A DNA stretch of 34,532 nucleotides from Octopus bimaculoides (taxonomy: Eukaryota), in NCBI RefSeq assembly GCF_001194135.2, contig NC_068992.1, forward strand, positions 6,223,680 through 6,258,211. The letters are read 5' to 3'. The position numbers were made by a program, and so were the translations under genes. Below the pieces are notes generated by a model that was given only the letters and a program-made list of their open reading frames with translations, ran no database searches and had not been told where the DNA came from. Positions 1 to 11,889 of this stretch are shown in pieces. Every line of letters begins with the position of its first letter. The first letter of the stretch is position 1.

Positions 1-529
1 ATGAAGAGCGAGTAAACCAACTTTGACACGAAAATTCTCGTCAAAGACAAAGGAACTGGCAGAGAAAATGGAATGCTCCCACACTGCTATAGAGAAGCAT
101 CTTCACTCGATGAGAAAGGTTCAGAAGTACGGAGCATGGGTTACGCATGCTTTAAGTGGCAACAACAAAAATCAACGAGCCACAATCTCCGCTGGTTTGC
201 TTGCTCGTCACCACTCAACTCATGGACACAAGCAACGTTTTCTTTACCGAATCGTTACTGGTGACGAAAAATGGTGCCTGTACAGCAATATGAAGCAGCG
301 TAAGGAATGGCTTAGCCCCGGTAAACAAGCGACACCGCGCGTGAAACAAGATCTTCATCCGCGTAAAACGACGTTGTGCGTATGGTGGGACTGGGAAGGG
401 ATTATCCATTAAGAATTGCTTGAACGGAACCAAATGGTCAACAGATGGAACGACTCAATACGGCTATTCGAGAGAAAAGATCTAATCGGCAGCATGGAGT
501 TCTTCTGCTGCACGACAACGCAGACACAC
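1..529 (+). mobile_element. Mariner (DD34D) transposase relic, truncated at both ends; window starts inside it
   Basis: ORF 23-412 reads WVTHAL (WVPHEL-like), RIVTGDEKWCLY (first catalytic D) and TLCVWWDWEGIIH. After a stop and frameshift it continues MERLNTAIREKRSNRQHGVLLLHDNA (second D) to ~529. No YSPDLAPSD region follows. Confidence 0.92.
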
Positions 530-649
530 ATATAAGAAACAATACTACAATATATAACATACTTGACAGTATATTTTTAATTATTCTTAGGCATTTGCTG
601 TTTTAGATATTTAGGTGTTCATATATGATTCGCTTATGCAGGGCAGCTG

Positions 650-990
650 ATGATTTCTGGATAGTATTGTAATAGTATTCTACTGCATTACATATTTGTC
701 TCTGTCCTAAAGAAAAGTTTGAGCATGTAGATTTTCTCTTATCAAATCTTTAGAAATTGTATATTGGATGCTTTCTTATAATATTGAATATGTGACATAT
801 TTTGTTAGAGATATTGGAGATACTGAATTTGACAAAGTTTCATCCTGGTTCTTTGGAAGTAGTTCTAGAGATATTGTGTAGATGGTGATCATTTATTTGT
901 ATGTATTATTGTTTATTTGAGAGTGCAATAATAGGTTAATTCTCTAAGGATATTTGGCACAATATTTCCAATTTGTTGTGACATGTACGG
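650..990 (-). mobile_element. Possible highly decayed Penelope-like retroelement RT relic
   Basis: Stop-interrupted minus-strand frames give YIQINDHHLHNISRTTSKEPG*NFVKFSISNISNKICHIFNIIRKH and ISKDLIRENLHAQTF. These loosely recall the Penelope RT N-terminal region (TIKDHK..., FYPSISKDLL). Pattern recall only. Confidence 0.25.
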
Positions 991-1310
991 ATGTTTCTTT
1001 CTATTTCTCACCAAAAAAAAAATGAATACTGTATGATAAAGCTACAGGAATTATAACTAGAATCGTTGCACAGAAAACTCTAATAACTCTCCAGATGACA
1101 GAATCACTGTTTCCTTTGAGCTTCCCAAAAATATCTTGGCTGCGTAATTATCCACAAAATGAAGATGGCAGTCGTTCTTATTTCCCATATTGCCGAACAC
1201 TGCAAGATATCAAATATGGCGCTACATTGAGCTTAGAGGAATATAAAAGCAGATCACCCGCTCCCTTCGCAGTAACATTGCGATGTTGACACTTGGCCTT
1301 GTGTGTATAC

Positions 1311-1332
1311 AAATATACACACACGCGCGCAC

Positions 1333-1363
<31 letters not shown>

Positions 1364-2332
1364 NNNNNNNNNNNNNNNNNNNNNNNNNNNNNNNNNNNNN
1401 NNNNNNNNNNNNNNNNNNNNNNNNNNNNNNNNNNNNNNNNNNNNNNNNNNNNNNNNNNNNNNNNNNNNNNNNNNNNNNNNNNNNNNNNNNNNNNNNNNNN
1501 NNNNNNNNNNNNNNNNNNNNNNNNNNNNNNNNNNNNNNNNNNNNNNNNNNNNNNNNNNNNNNNNNNNNNNNNNNNNNNNNNNNNNNNNNNNNNNNNNNNN
1601 NNNNNNNNNNNNNNNNNNNNNNNNNNNNNNNNNNNNNNNNNNNNNNNNNNNNNNNNNNNNNNNNNNNNNNNNNNNNNNNNNNNNNNNNNNNNNNNNNNNN
1701 NNNNNNNNNNNNNNNNNNNNNNNNNNNNNNNNNNNNNNNNNNNNNNNNNNNNNNNNNNNNNNNNNNNNNNNNNNNNNNNNNNNNNNNNNNNNNNNNNNNN
1801 NNNNNNNNNNNNNNNNNNNNNNNNNNNNNNNNNNNNNNNNNNNNNNNNNNNNNNNNNNNNNNNNNNNNNNNNNNNNNNNNNNNNNNNNNNNNNNNNNNNN
1901 NNNNNNNNNNNNNNNNNNNNNNNNNNNNNNNNNNNNNNNNNNNNNNNNNNNNNNNNNNNNNNNNNNNNNNNNNNNNNNNNNNNNNNNNNNNNNNNNNNNN
2001 NNNNNNNNNNNNNNNNNNNNNNNNNNNNNNNNNNNNNNNNNNNNNNNNNNNNNNNNNNNNNNNNNNNNNNNNNNNNNNNNNNNNNNNNNNNNNNNNNNNN
2101 NNNNNNNNNNNNNNNNNNNNNNNNNNNNNNNNNNNNNNNNNNNNNNNNNNNNNNNNNNNNNNNNNNNNNNNNNNNNNNNNNNNNNNNNNNNNNNNNNNNN
2201 NNNNNNNNNNNNNNNNNNNNNNNNNNNNNNNNNNNNNNNNNNNNNNNNNNNNNNNNNNNNNNNNNNNNNNNNNNNNNNNNNNNNNNNNNNNNNNNNNNNN
2301 NNNNNNNNNNNNNNNNNNNNNNNNNNNNNNNN

Positions 2333-2373
<41 letters not shown>

Positions 2374-2400
2374 GTATTATATTATATATATATATGTATG
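1311..2400. repeat. (CA)/(AT)n microsatellites flanking an assembly gap (N 1364-2332)
   Basis: Direct reading. The long ORFs here are translations of N and (AT)n. Confidence 0.95.
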
Positions 2401-2819
2401 TATGTACATGTAGATACATAAAAAAACATTTGACAAAATTTCTGCAGAAAACATATTTTGCATTAGCAGATGATGTGTTATTTTCGTGTTTCAATATAGC
2501 AGTGAGAAACATGTGTTGTTATTCTTCAAACTGCATATTTCTCACATTGCTGCTGTTATTTTGTTTTTTACTTTTGTTATTTATGTATAATTTTTCCTCT
2601 GCTAATTCGCGCTTTAGCTGTTTGCTTGTTTCTTTTCTTTAATGTTTTACATTTTGTGTTTCCACTTTAATTTGTTGTTTTATCATATTTGCTACAGGTG
2701 CTTTAGCAGTTTAAATAGCCATTATACTTATATACTTGTTTGTTTTTTCACCATTTGTATTGATTTTGTTTGTTTGTTTTTTCTGTTGATTATGTTAGAT
2801 TGCACTGGACATAGTATGA

Positions 2820-3250
2820 AGGCGGTGGCGATGTTCATTTTGGTAGCAGTGTGAGTGATGTCGTTGGTGGTATTAATGTTAGATTTAGTAGCGATGCTGG
2901 TGGTGTTAAAATTTTTCGCGGTGATGGTCGTGGTCGTGACGGTAGTGGTGTTAACGGTGGTGATAGAGTTAGTATAGCCTTTAGTGTTATAATAGATGCT
3001 GGGGTTGATGTTGTTATTGATGTTGATGTGGTGCTGGCGTAGGTGTTTGTGCGTATTTTCCACGGTATATTTTGCATCGGTGTTGGCGTTGTTGCAAACG
3101 TTACTTTGTGCGTACGTATGCATGTATCTACCTATGAGCATATTAGTGTACGATATGCGTATGTATGTGTGTGCATGTCTTTCATAGATACGACGGTGGT
3201 GTTTATGTTGCTTGTAGTGGTATGGAATGGCGGTGTCGCTGCTCAAACTT
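2820..3250. repeat. Decayed GGT/GTT/GAT low-complexity tract
   Basis: G/T-skewed degenerate triplets give Val/Gly-rich (plus) and Thr/Asn-rich (minus) pseudo-ORFs. Confidence 0.75.
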
Positions 3251-3714
3251 AGTTATATTTAAAGTTGTTGAAATAAACAGTTTAAGAGAATCTCTGGAGG
3301 TTAACTGTCCAAACACCGCAGCTATTATTTTCATGTATTACTAAAAATAATCATTTTTGTTTTATATATTCTAATTCTCTAAAGAACTGCTCATCAATAA
3401 CATTATTTTAAAACCAATTAGACAAATTAAACAAATTACCTAGAGTCTGACAGAAACAAAAGGTAACACACTTTAACACTAAAAATATTTTGGTTCAGTG
3501 GAGAATGTGGCGATGGTTCTGGTGGATGTTGTTTTTATTGTTGGTACCGGTGGTGGGGCCGGCGGTGGTTGTGATGGTGTAGGTGAGAGAGAGGGGTTTC
3601 GTTTTGCATTTATACATAGATGTATGTATATATGCACGTATATATGCGTGTATGTTTGTATATATATATATATGTGTGTGTGTGTGCTTATGACTCCATC
3701 CATTTATCTATCTA

Positions 3715-3718
<4 letters not shown>

Positions 3719-3800
<82 letters not shown>
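3719..3800. repeat. Compound (CT)n-(AT)n microsatellite before gap N 3801-3846
   Basis: Direct reading. Confidence 0.95.
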
Positions 3801-3846
3801 NNNNNNNNNNNNNNNNNNNNNNNNNNNNNNNNNNNNNNNNNNNNNN

Positions 3847-3944
3847 TGACTGCAGCCATGCTGGAGCACCGGCTTTAGTGAAGCGATGTTGGGGGGACAA
3901 AAACAGACACATACACAAACATATACACACACATACATAGATAC

Positions 3945-3981
<37 letters not shown>

Positions 3982-4142
3982 TACGACGGGCTTCTTTCAG
4001 TTTCCGTCTACCAAATCCACTCACAAGGCTTTGGTCAGCCCGACGCTATAGTAGAAGACACTCACCCATGGTGCCACGCAGTGGGAATCAACCCGGAACC
4101 ATGTGGTTGGTCAGCAAGCTACTTACCACACAGCCACTCCTG
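3847..4142 (-). mobile_element. tRNA-derived SINE of octopus type, reverse orientation, with internal microsatellite
   Basis: Minus strand begins caggagtggctgtgtggtaagtagcttgct...atggttccgggttgattcccactgcgtggcacc (A-box/B-box-like tRNA head). It continues ...gtgagtggatttggtagacggaaactgaaagaagcccgtcg, then an (AT/CA) tract and the tail ...ggtgctccagcatggctgcagtca. The same tail motif recurs on the plus strand at 33299-33361. Confidence 0.85.
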
Positions 4143-4353
4143 CTACAAAAATACACAGCAAAAACATCGCTATATTACTGCAATCTGCAGTTAGAATACC
4201 TAAAACTATGATGCACTATTATATTTGAGATATAAATTCATCAAAATCTTAGTATGAAGAACCACGCATCACAAATGCACCTATTAGGGAACTGACCTCC
4301 AAATCTCTCTCAAACTATAATGCGCNNNNNNNNNNTCTCTCAAACTATAATGC

Positions 4354-4398
<45 letters not shown>

Positions 4399-4439
4399 TG
4401 TGCGTGTGTGTACGTGTGCGTGCATGCGTGCCCCTGGAA

Positions 4440-5740
4440 AAGGGAAAATAAATTTGAAGATAATTCACGGAATGACGACTATATCCTGCATAGTCACGGG
4501 TTATATTTTAGAAGGCATAGAATCCTTTCAGTCATCCTGCTAGGGATATAGCGAAGTCATGGAACTGCAGCATGGCAGATTGTGAAGAGGTGGACAGAAT
4601 AGGTGAACTGAATCAACAGTCCTTTTTTACATTTATGCTGACCAGAGAAATACAAGAAGATCAACGGGTAGAATCACAAACCTCTATCAAGAGAGTTACA
4701 ACAACGCATCCATACATGTGGCGTCCATGGTTTTGCAATCAGCTAATGAATTATTCACTTTGACTCAAGCTCCCACTTCGAATTCATAATAATGGAATTG
4801 GATGGCGACAGAGAGTCAGGGGTATCTGTGAAGGCAGTGAGAAAAGCGACTGAGATACAATGAGCGTAGATCCAGCCTCTCTAGTAGAAAAACGGCATTG
4901 CAGGTCGCTGCTGAAATGCCATGTGGTTATATATATTGTGTATTCGAACTAAATTTGACGATTTTTATGTCTCTATGTGTTTTTTTTTTCAGGATCAGCT
5001 GGATGCATTGGTAGACAATCAACAACGTCAGAGAGCTTGGGGACTAAAGTTGTTGTTGAGAAAATATTAGCAGACATGGAGGACTGGAAGCCATCTGAAT
5101 ATAGGAAAAGAGTTATATGTATCATGACAATTTGCACCAAGCATCAAAATGCCGCCAAAACACTGTAACGGCTGTAAGACGTGACATAGACGCCTGCAGC
5201 ACAGATTCTGCTCAAAAGGAAAGGACACAACATCGTTCTAACTGAATTTGCACGTCGGTATTTATCCCCACATTTTTGAACAGGTCTTAAGATCAGTTCA
5301 GGTGGATATGTAAAGCTACCGGAGATCGTGGTGAAGCACTGCAAAGCGTTGTTACTGAAAGATCTGTTGAAACAAGATCTAGCTCCTAACGAAACCTCCG
5401 GCAAGAGTAGGAACTGATTGTGATCCTATGGATTCATATTACATGTGATGCACGGTTGAGAAACACGATAACCATTTTGCTTATCGCACCAAAACCGAGT
5501 TGGTAACCAAGTTTAAGGAAGTGTTCCAAGATCTTCCCAGAGACACCATGGGAATATATGCGCCAGATTTCGTAGCTGTGGTGAAGCCGTAGTTGTAGCT
5601 AAGTTCGACTAATTTCAATAAACTGCAAGCCACAAATTAGTTGATCCATTTTGATTTTGTTATGCTATTTTCATTTGTGGATGGGAGAGTGTGTTTTCTT
5701 TCCTTTAATGCCAACTGTGAAATTTATCCCGAACGCTCTG
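4440..5740 (+). mobile_element. maT/DD37D-like (Bmmar1-related) Tc1/mariner transposon relic, multiply frameshifted and internally deleted
   Basis: Colinear motifs across frames: FMLTRE (~4640), VDPASLVEKRHCRS, QDQLDALVDNQ..RELG..VVEKILADM, PHIFEQ/GLKISSGGYVKL, QDLAPNETSGKSRN*L (QQDSAPCHTS-like, second D), DCDPMDSYY (SPDCNPLDY-like, third D), then TVEKHDNHFAYRTKTELVTKFKEVFQDLPRDT / ICARFRSCGEAVVVAK.D*FQ*. A TIR-like end aaatttatcccgaacgctctg lies at 5720-5740. The left boundary is approximate. Confidence 0.72.
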
Positions 5741-6130
5741 GAGGTGTGTTCGATGAAAGGAGTTGAAATAGATCTACCTCCACATACAATAAAGTAACAT
5801 TTTGTACAAACATATTAAATTACTCGACCGACTTGATATATCGCGGTATATATGCTTAAATTTATTCTATTTCTACTTTGATTTCGTCAATATGAGCACA
5901 TTGGAGAAACTGTCCTAGGTATACAAAAAAGGCATGATGATTATTGATAATATCTGCTCTGACAGAAAGAACAGATGTAGCGCTAGGATATCATTGTGAA
6001 TGCAGCTTGGGCAGAGAGTAGTACAAAAAATTCAAAACACCGTTTATCATCTGTTGTGTCGACGCCCCCAGGTGAAGAAGTGGGATCTTCCAAGACACAT
6101 AAATACAGGTAGTCTGGCCGTGGTAGGAGT

Positions 6131-6174
6131 GTTGAGTAGCAGTCGAGTAGCAGTTGTGTAGCGGTTGAGTAGAG
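6131..6174. repeat. 11-bp minisatellite x4 (GTTGAGTAGCA consensus)
   Basis: gttgagtagca gtcgagtagca gttgtgtagcg gttgagtagag. Confidence 0.85.
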
Positions 6175-6874
6175 ATCAATTATTGGGACTAATATGTTAA
6201 TTCTTGTTGTTATTACACGCATAGGAACTATAAGAAAATTGTAACCGAGAATGCAATCTTTACACAGACATTCTTTAGTATACTTGGCTTTAAGCTGTAG
6301 GTCATTTAATTTGTCATATGTCTAAATTTGTCTAGTCATATGGTTAAATAATATCCCTCTCACAAAGAAAATATGCTAAAGTCCATCAGATGCTGTTTTT
6401 GAAATTCGAATGCTGACCTTTGTTTCAGATTGTTACACATATTCTTGCTTTGTATAAAGTGAAGACAAGAAATACGTGTGGAATGTTCAGCCTCTTGCAC
6501 TATATTTCACAAATAGATCCAACCGTTGAACATATGGAACACCCACTCGTCGAGATTACACATTGGTGTGGACGTTTTGGTAAATTATTGCTATGTTGAG
6601 CTGATATGTGTCTTAATGATGTTCGAGCAATAAAAGGTTAAGATATGCTTCATTGGTTTTCGTTTCACAGTCAACAGCCATGCAATTACTCATGAATTAC
6701 CGCTAAACATTTATTCTATCGGCAAGCAACAATTCTAATCTCACCGGGCTTGTTAATTTTAAGTGATTGAATCCTATCAATGTCCGATATAAATTCTAAC
6801 GTTCGTCGTAGTCGTCGTTGCGTCAGATGTTGTAGCTATTGTCGGTGGTGGTGGTGCTGCTGCTGCTGCTGAAG

Positions 6875-6965
6875 TTGTTGCTGTGGTTTCTTATCTTTCC
6901 CTCAGACCGAGCTGATCAGGCGTATGCTTAAACGCATTCCAGTCATCGTGATCCCTGGCACTTTC
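6875..6965 (-). mobile_element. Degenerate retroelement/SINE 3' tail fragment
   Basis: gttgttg...ctcagaccgagctgatcaggcgtatgcttaaacgcattccagtc resembles the reverse of the tail family also seen at 29598-29640. Confidence 0.4.
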
Positions 6966-7397
6966 TTTTGAAAGTAACGTAGTCGTACGTTTTAAGCTAG
7001 CAAGTTGAGCACTGCAGTAATGAGAGCCTCATATAGCTAAGCCTGAATTATTCAATAAGTCCTTCCTTTAAAGAAAAGAGAATGACATGCAGTGGGATTT
7101 GAGATATATTTGGTTACTCTTCCTAGCATTCTGTTCAACCACATTACGCTCCTTTTTCAGTTTCTATTGCTGTTAACTGTGAATAATGATCAAACGTTAA
7201 AATATTGGTCTAATTCTCTTAAGGAAATGGAATTAATTTCTTCAATTTCTATGTGGTATAATTATATTTATTAGCATTGTCACATCATCAAAGCGTATGT
7301 CAGTGGATTCCTTTGTACCATATTTCTGGCAATAACATCTGCTAATTGCTCCCCAGGCCTTCATTTAACATCAATTAAACCTTTTACAAGTATATGT

Positions 7398-7600
7398 TCT
7401 TATTCATTTACTAGTTTCATGTATTGGACTCTGGCCATGTCGGACATCGGTGAGCATAGTGTAATCGATGTCATTAAATACATTAGCTATTTCAAAGTCA
7501 TAAGTAAGCTGAACACGAAAATCACTTGGCAGGGATTTGATCTTGGAATATAATGAACATTTGTCGTACGCTCTACTGATTCACCCAATCCTTCGCCAGA
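7398..7600 (-). mobile_element. Degenerate SINE remnant
   Basis: tttactagtttcatgtattggactctggccatgtcggacatcgg matches the reverse of the SINE tail at 33299-33361. catttgtcgtacgctctactgattcacccaatccttcgcc resembles a reversed SINE head. Confidence 0.5.
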
Positions 7601-7672
7601 ATATTACAGTTCTATATTCTAATACCACTCTATTGATGTTCTAATACCAGTCTACTCTCGCGAACTCATTTC

Positions 7673-8042
7673 ACCCTTTTTGGATAGACGTGTGACTGGT
7701 GATGAAAAATGGATCTTCTATCGAAATGTTAAACGGTGTTAACAGTGGCTTGGTAAAAGGAAAAAAGCTCAACCACAACTGAGAAGAGAACTTTATGGAA
7801 AAAAAGGTTCTTCTCTCTATCTGGTGGGATTGCAAAGGAGTAATTCACTTTGAATTGTTACCACCTAATGCAACAATGAATGCTCGAGTCTACTATCAGC
7901 AGTTAGAGTGTTTGAACCAAACTTTGAAGGAAAAAAGACCCGCTTTAGTGAATCGAAAACGAGTGATGTTTCACCAGGACAATGCGCGACCCACACTGCA
8001 AAGATCGTATCACAGAAGATCGAAGAGCTTGGCTGGGAAAAA
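7673..8042 (+). mobile_element. Mariner transposase internal fragment
   Basis: PFLDRRVTGDEKWIFYRN... then (frameshift) KKVLLSIWWDCKGVIHFELLPPNATMNARVYYQQLECLNQTLKEKRPALVNRKRVMFHQDNARP / HTAKIVSQKIEELGWE. Truncated before the third catalytic D. Confidence 0.93.
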
Positions 8043-8929
8043 ATTGTAGCGAAGTTACAAACAAAAACATTAACTGCAACTGGCAAAAGAACCACAAAAT
8101 TCAGATCCTCGAGTCAAAACTTTGGCGATGACCAGTGGAATATCTTTATGCACAGTATTAGTAAGAAATGAGCAAACAACCCACCCCTGACAGTACTACC
8201 CTGCAGTACTACACTTCCTCTTACGACGAGGAAGAAATGATAATCGCAGACGAAAGCCAATAAAACCAATAAACTGTCAGTAGAACCAGTTTTTCATGTG
8301 GGAATATTTTAGTTGTTCTACGTGGACATTATTAAATAGAGTTTAAGTGGTCATCAAAAGTGGTATTTCAATAAATATGTTCCTAACTTCCCGTTTTATG
8401 TTGGTGGGCCTATTAATTTATAATAATAACCTAGCTAAGACTGAATGCAGTGGCTTCTTTTTTTAAGATGTGACTTTCGATTTGACAGATTCTTTTTCTC
8501 TTCTGTATATGAAATGTATACAGATGACGACAACACCGTAATTTGAAAAAGTTCGTGTGGAGGTCATTATATGATATTTGGTAGAATCAAAATTTCCATA
8601 ATTTCTTGAGATACATTATCTTGATAGTTGCTCTTAAACCTAATTAAAAATTATTTAGTTGTTAGTTGCAGTTGTCATCGTTTGAGGGTGACATAATCAG
8701 ATCTATCTTACATTGGTTATGTTTAAGTTTGCACCAAGTTTTGTGTAGTAAAATATACTTAAATATAACATTTGTTGTATATTTTACAATTTGGTGAAAA
8801 ATGTTTAGGAATTAACATACTCTCTCTAGACTGGTGGGACAACATTATTACACAATATTGCCTCGTCTTTTCATAGTTTATTTCACACACATCTCGATTT
8901 GACATGAGATACCAGTATAACTTCTCCGT

Positions 8930-9141
8930 TAACAAGCCAGATTAAATATTGCTTTCAAATCTTGACAGAAAGTTCGCAGGAGATTACATCGACCCGAGTC
9001 TGCAAATGGTAATTATTCTATCGACCTCGAAAGGATGAGAGGCAAAGTCGACCTTGACGGAATTTGAACGCAGAACGACGTAGATTTGGACAAAAAGCAT
9101 TTTGACAGGCGTTCTAAAGGTCCTGCTAACATTCCACCTTA
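8930..9141 (-). mobile_element. tRNA-derived SINE, reverse orientation (same family as 24957-25111)
   Basis: gattacatcgacccgagt...tatcgacctcgaaaggatgagaggcaaagtcgaccttgacggaatttgaacgcagaacg is the reverse complement of the body at 24980-25080. Confidence 0.85.
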
Positions 9142-10662
9142 AATACCAGATTGAATATTAATATACCTCATCATCTTCAACATTTTCTCTTATAATAATT
9201 AAAATATGTGCGCTAACGGCACATTCTATGGTTTTCACAATGGATAATATAGCTCAAAATACTGTGTGAGGAGAACAAAAGAACGTTCCACTATACAAGT
9301 CCGCCTCAATCTAATAGTTTTATCACAACCAATGCGAAAGGCTGACCGTATCGACATGAGAGATGATCGCACTGAACACAATGTGATAGCGGTGAGCGGT
9401 GGTGACGCCGGCTGCGCTGAGCCACGACGATTGCCGAACGCCGTTATGAGACTGGATGCCCGGATGTGACCACAGTCGTGGCTTCCGTTGCATTTAATAA
9501 CCCTAGAATTGCCACAGTTGTCTGCTCTCCTCACGGTAAGGAATGCACTCCTGATGATTAGGCCATTACGGTATGAACTAACTTCGGTTTAAATTATAGG
9601 CGAATGGAAACCAAGGTCTTAGTCACGCACACATCTTCTTAGGATATGCACGAACACAACATATAACATTCCTTTAGATGAAGTTCAAAAGATAGGTCGA
9701 ATTGCAATACATTAATGATGGATTGAGACTGGTATCAATAACAGATAAACTACCATCCGTCTCGACTCCGCGTATGTGTGTGTGTGTGTTTAACAACTGG
9801 TTTCACACCTCAAATTGGTGAAGATTTTATCCCCAGTATGCAAGAGGTATGTGATTTGCATCCCATTGATGTGTTTTCATCTCACTTGTATATTTAATCT
9901 TAGTGTCTCTATAATCATTTTAAAATTAAAATATCAGATGCATTTAAATTAAATTTTAATTAGCTCCACTTAAGAAATATCACGCTAGGATCTGTTAAAT
10001 ATAATTCAATTAACCTGATATAAGAAGTAATACATGACATTCATGATTTCGATAAATATATTTTATCAGCATAGAAAGTACTAGATTGTGTGCATTTTCA
10101 ACATTGCTGAATATTTTGAATTAAATAACTGCTTATTCTTTGTTTTATATTTACTTTTATAATTTTTCTTCATATTAGTAAAAACATATATATAGAAAAA
10201 AAAACAGAATAAATGAAAAATATAAGAAAGAAAATAATTTTTGTAACTTCAATAAATCAATATTGCTTTCCTAGAATAGGTTAATTAATAATTTGTTTGT
10301 TTATGTGTGTTTGTTTTGGTTGCTTCTTTTTCCGTTTGTTTTAGTGAAAGGGTCAGTAACCCTTATAGATTCCATTGGCAATTACTGTAAAGATTCCGGA
10401 AAAAAGAAACAAACAAATGAGAAATCTGCCAGTTGTATGTGTCAAACCTATAGAATATGTGAGAGAAGCAATAATTGCTTGTTTGTGTGTTTCTGTTTGC
10501 ATTGTGTTTTGCACTTTGTTGATGTTATTCTTATTTTTATTTGCTTATTAAAGAAGAAAATAACAAAATGGAAGTTGGAACAATAAAAGTAAACCCTGAC
10601 AAGTGAAAGTTTTAATTTCACAGGCAAGCAGCAAGAGCAACAATATAAAACTCACTTGATGG

Positions 10663-10676
10663 GTTGCCATGGTGAC
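10663..10676. promoter_or_regulatory. Candidate RFX X-box
   Basis: GTTGCCATGGTGAC; its reverse complement GTCACC-AT-GGCAAC fits the X-box consensus GTHNYY-AT-RRNAAC. Function is not shown. Confidence 0.4.
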
Positions 10677-11616
10677 TCTGGATCATCTTTGATGTTGATT
10701 ACTCTCTGTCATGACAGACAATGACAAGCAGTTTTAATTTTCTCTAGAAATTCTGCAATATTGTTTGTTGCCGAAGTAGCAGCAGTAAACAAAGGAGCAA
10801 CAACATAAACAACAAGAATATCAACGACACAGTTCTATCTCTACAGCAGTTTCACTAATTTTATCACTTTTGAGATCAATAGAACGGCTTCACTATTTTT
10901 GGTTTTTCATAATTTGCACTCCACAGTTTTCCATTTAACATTGTCAGTTATGCGAACAATCATAAAATTGAGATGATTTTGTCTCCGTATATTTTATAAT
11001 TCAATTACTTCTGATTATCAGAATAATTTGAATTCAACTCTCTGTTCACAACGTATGTTATGAAGGTTTCGCTACGTTACATTTCATTTCGCTTTCTAAA
11101 TAACTTTACATTGTCGTGTTAAGTCCTATTAGATGGAGTAATGTGTGAAATGCAACAAAATTTCAATAAATATTCAACATTGTTCTCAGATATGTTTTAA
11201 ACATCACATATTACACCTCCATGAAAATTAACCACTATTGTATCATATAATAAAGTAATAAGCCTTGCGAATATTTAATCCCATGATTTTCACTTTCCAG
11301 TGCCAAACACACACACACGTATACATGTGCGAGCATAGTCATACATTCATGGACACAAATGTACACACACACACGCACAAACACATGTATGCGGCTGTGT
11401 GGGTGTATGGGTGTTGTGTATGATGTTGTGTCTTTGTGTGTGTATTTGTGTGTCTCACAAAAGAGTCGGTCCATAAATTATTTAATTTCATCACGTCGAA
11501 ACATTTCAATGAAATTGCTGTTATCCAATGCAGGGTAGATAACCATTTTCTAGGTTTTCATTGGCTCAGAGATTCAAACCATTCTTCATCTCGGATGAAG
11601 TGGTTAACTGGAAATG

Positions 11617-11667
<51 letters not shown>

Positions 11668-11750
11668 CTCTTTCTCTCTCCCTCTCTCTTTCTTTCTATC
11701 TAACTACTTGTCTATCTATACAGATAGATCAGATGATAGATAGATAGATA
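11617..11750. repeat. (TCTA)n / (CT)n then (GATA)n microsatellite cluster
   Basis: Direct reading. Confidence 0.9.
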
Positions 11751-11889
11751 TTTATAACAGGTTAGGTGACGACGTAGAAATTAATCCTTCGTAGAGGCAT
11801 TACGTTTGGTGTTGAAATTTGTTGATTTTAGAGCTCAATTCTGAAACCCCACCATTCTTAGTGATTGGCTGTAATTTGTAAACTACGAA

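Noticed and set aside
1095-1289. 64-aa ORF after a ctccag acceptor-like site
   Set aside because: No recognisable domain, no convincing donor, and it runs into a microsatellite.
1178-2512. Long ORFs of 359-444 aa (and similar ones at 14659-15150 and 20950-21498)
   Set aside because: They are translations of N-gaps and (AT)/(CA) repeats.
4993-5168. Apparent terminal exon after tttttttttcag
   Set aside because: Better explained as part of the maT-like transposase relic.
5988-6113. DIIVNAAW, resembling the macro-domain DxIVNAAN motif
   Set aside because: The following residues lack the macro-domain glycine loop and the acceptor is weak.
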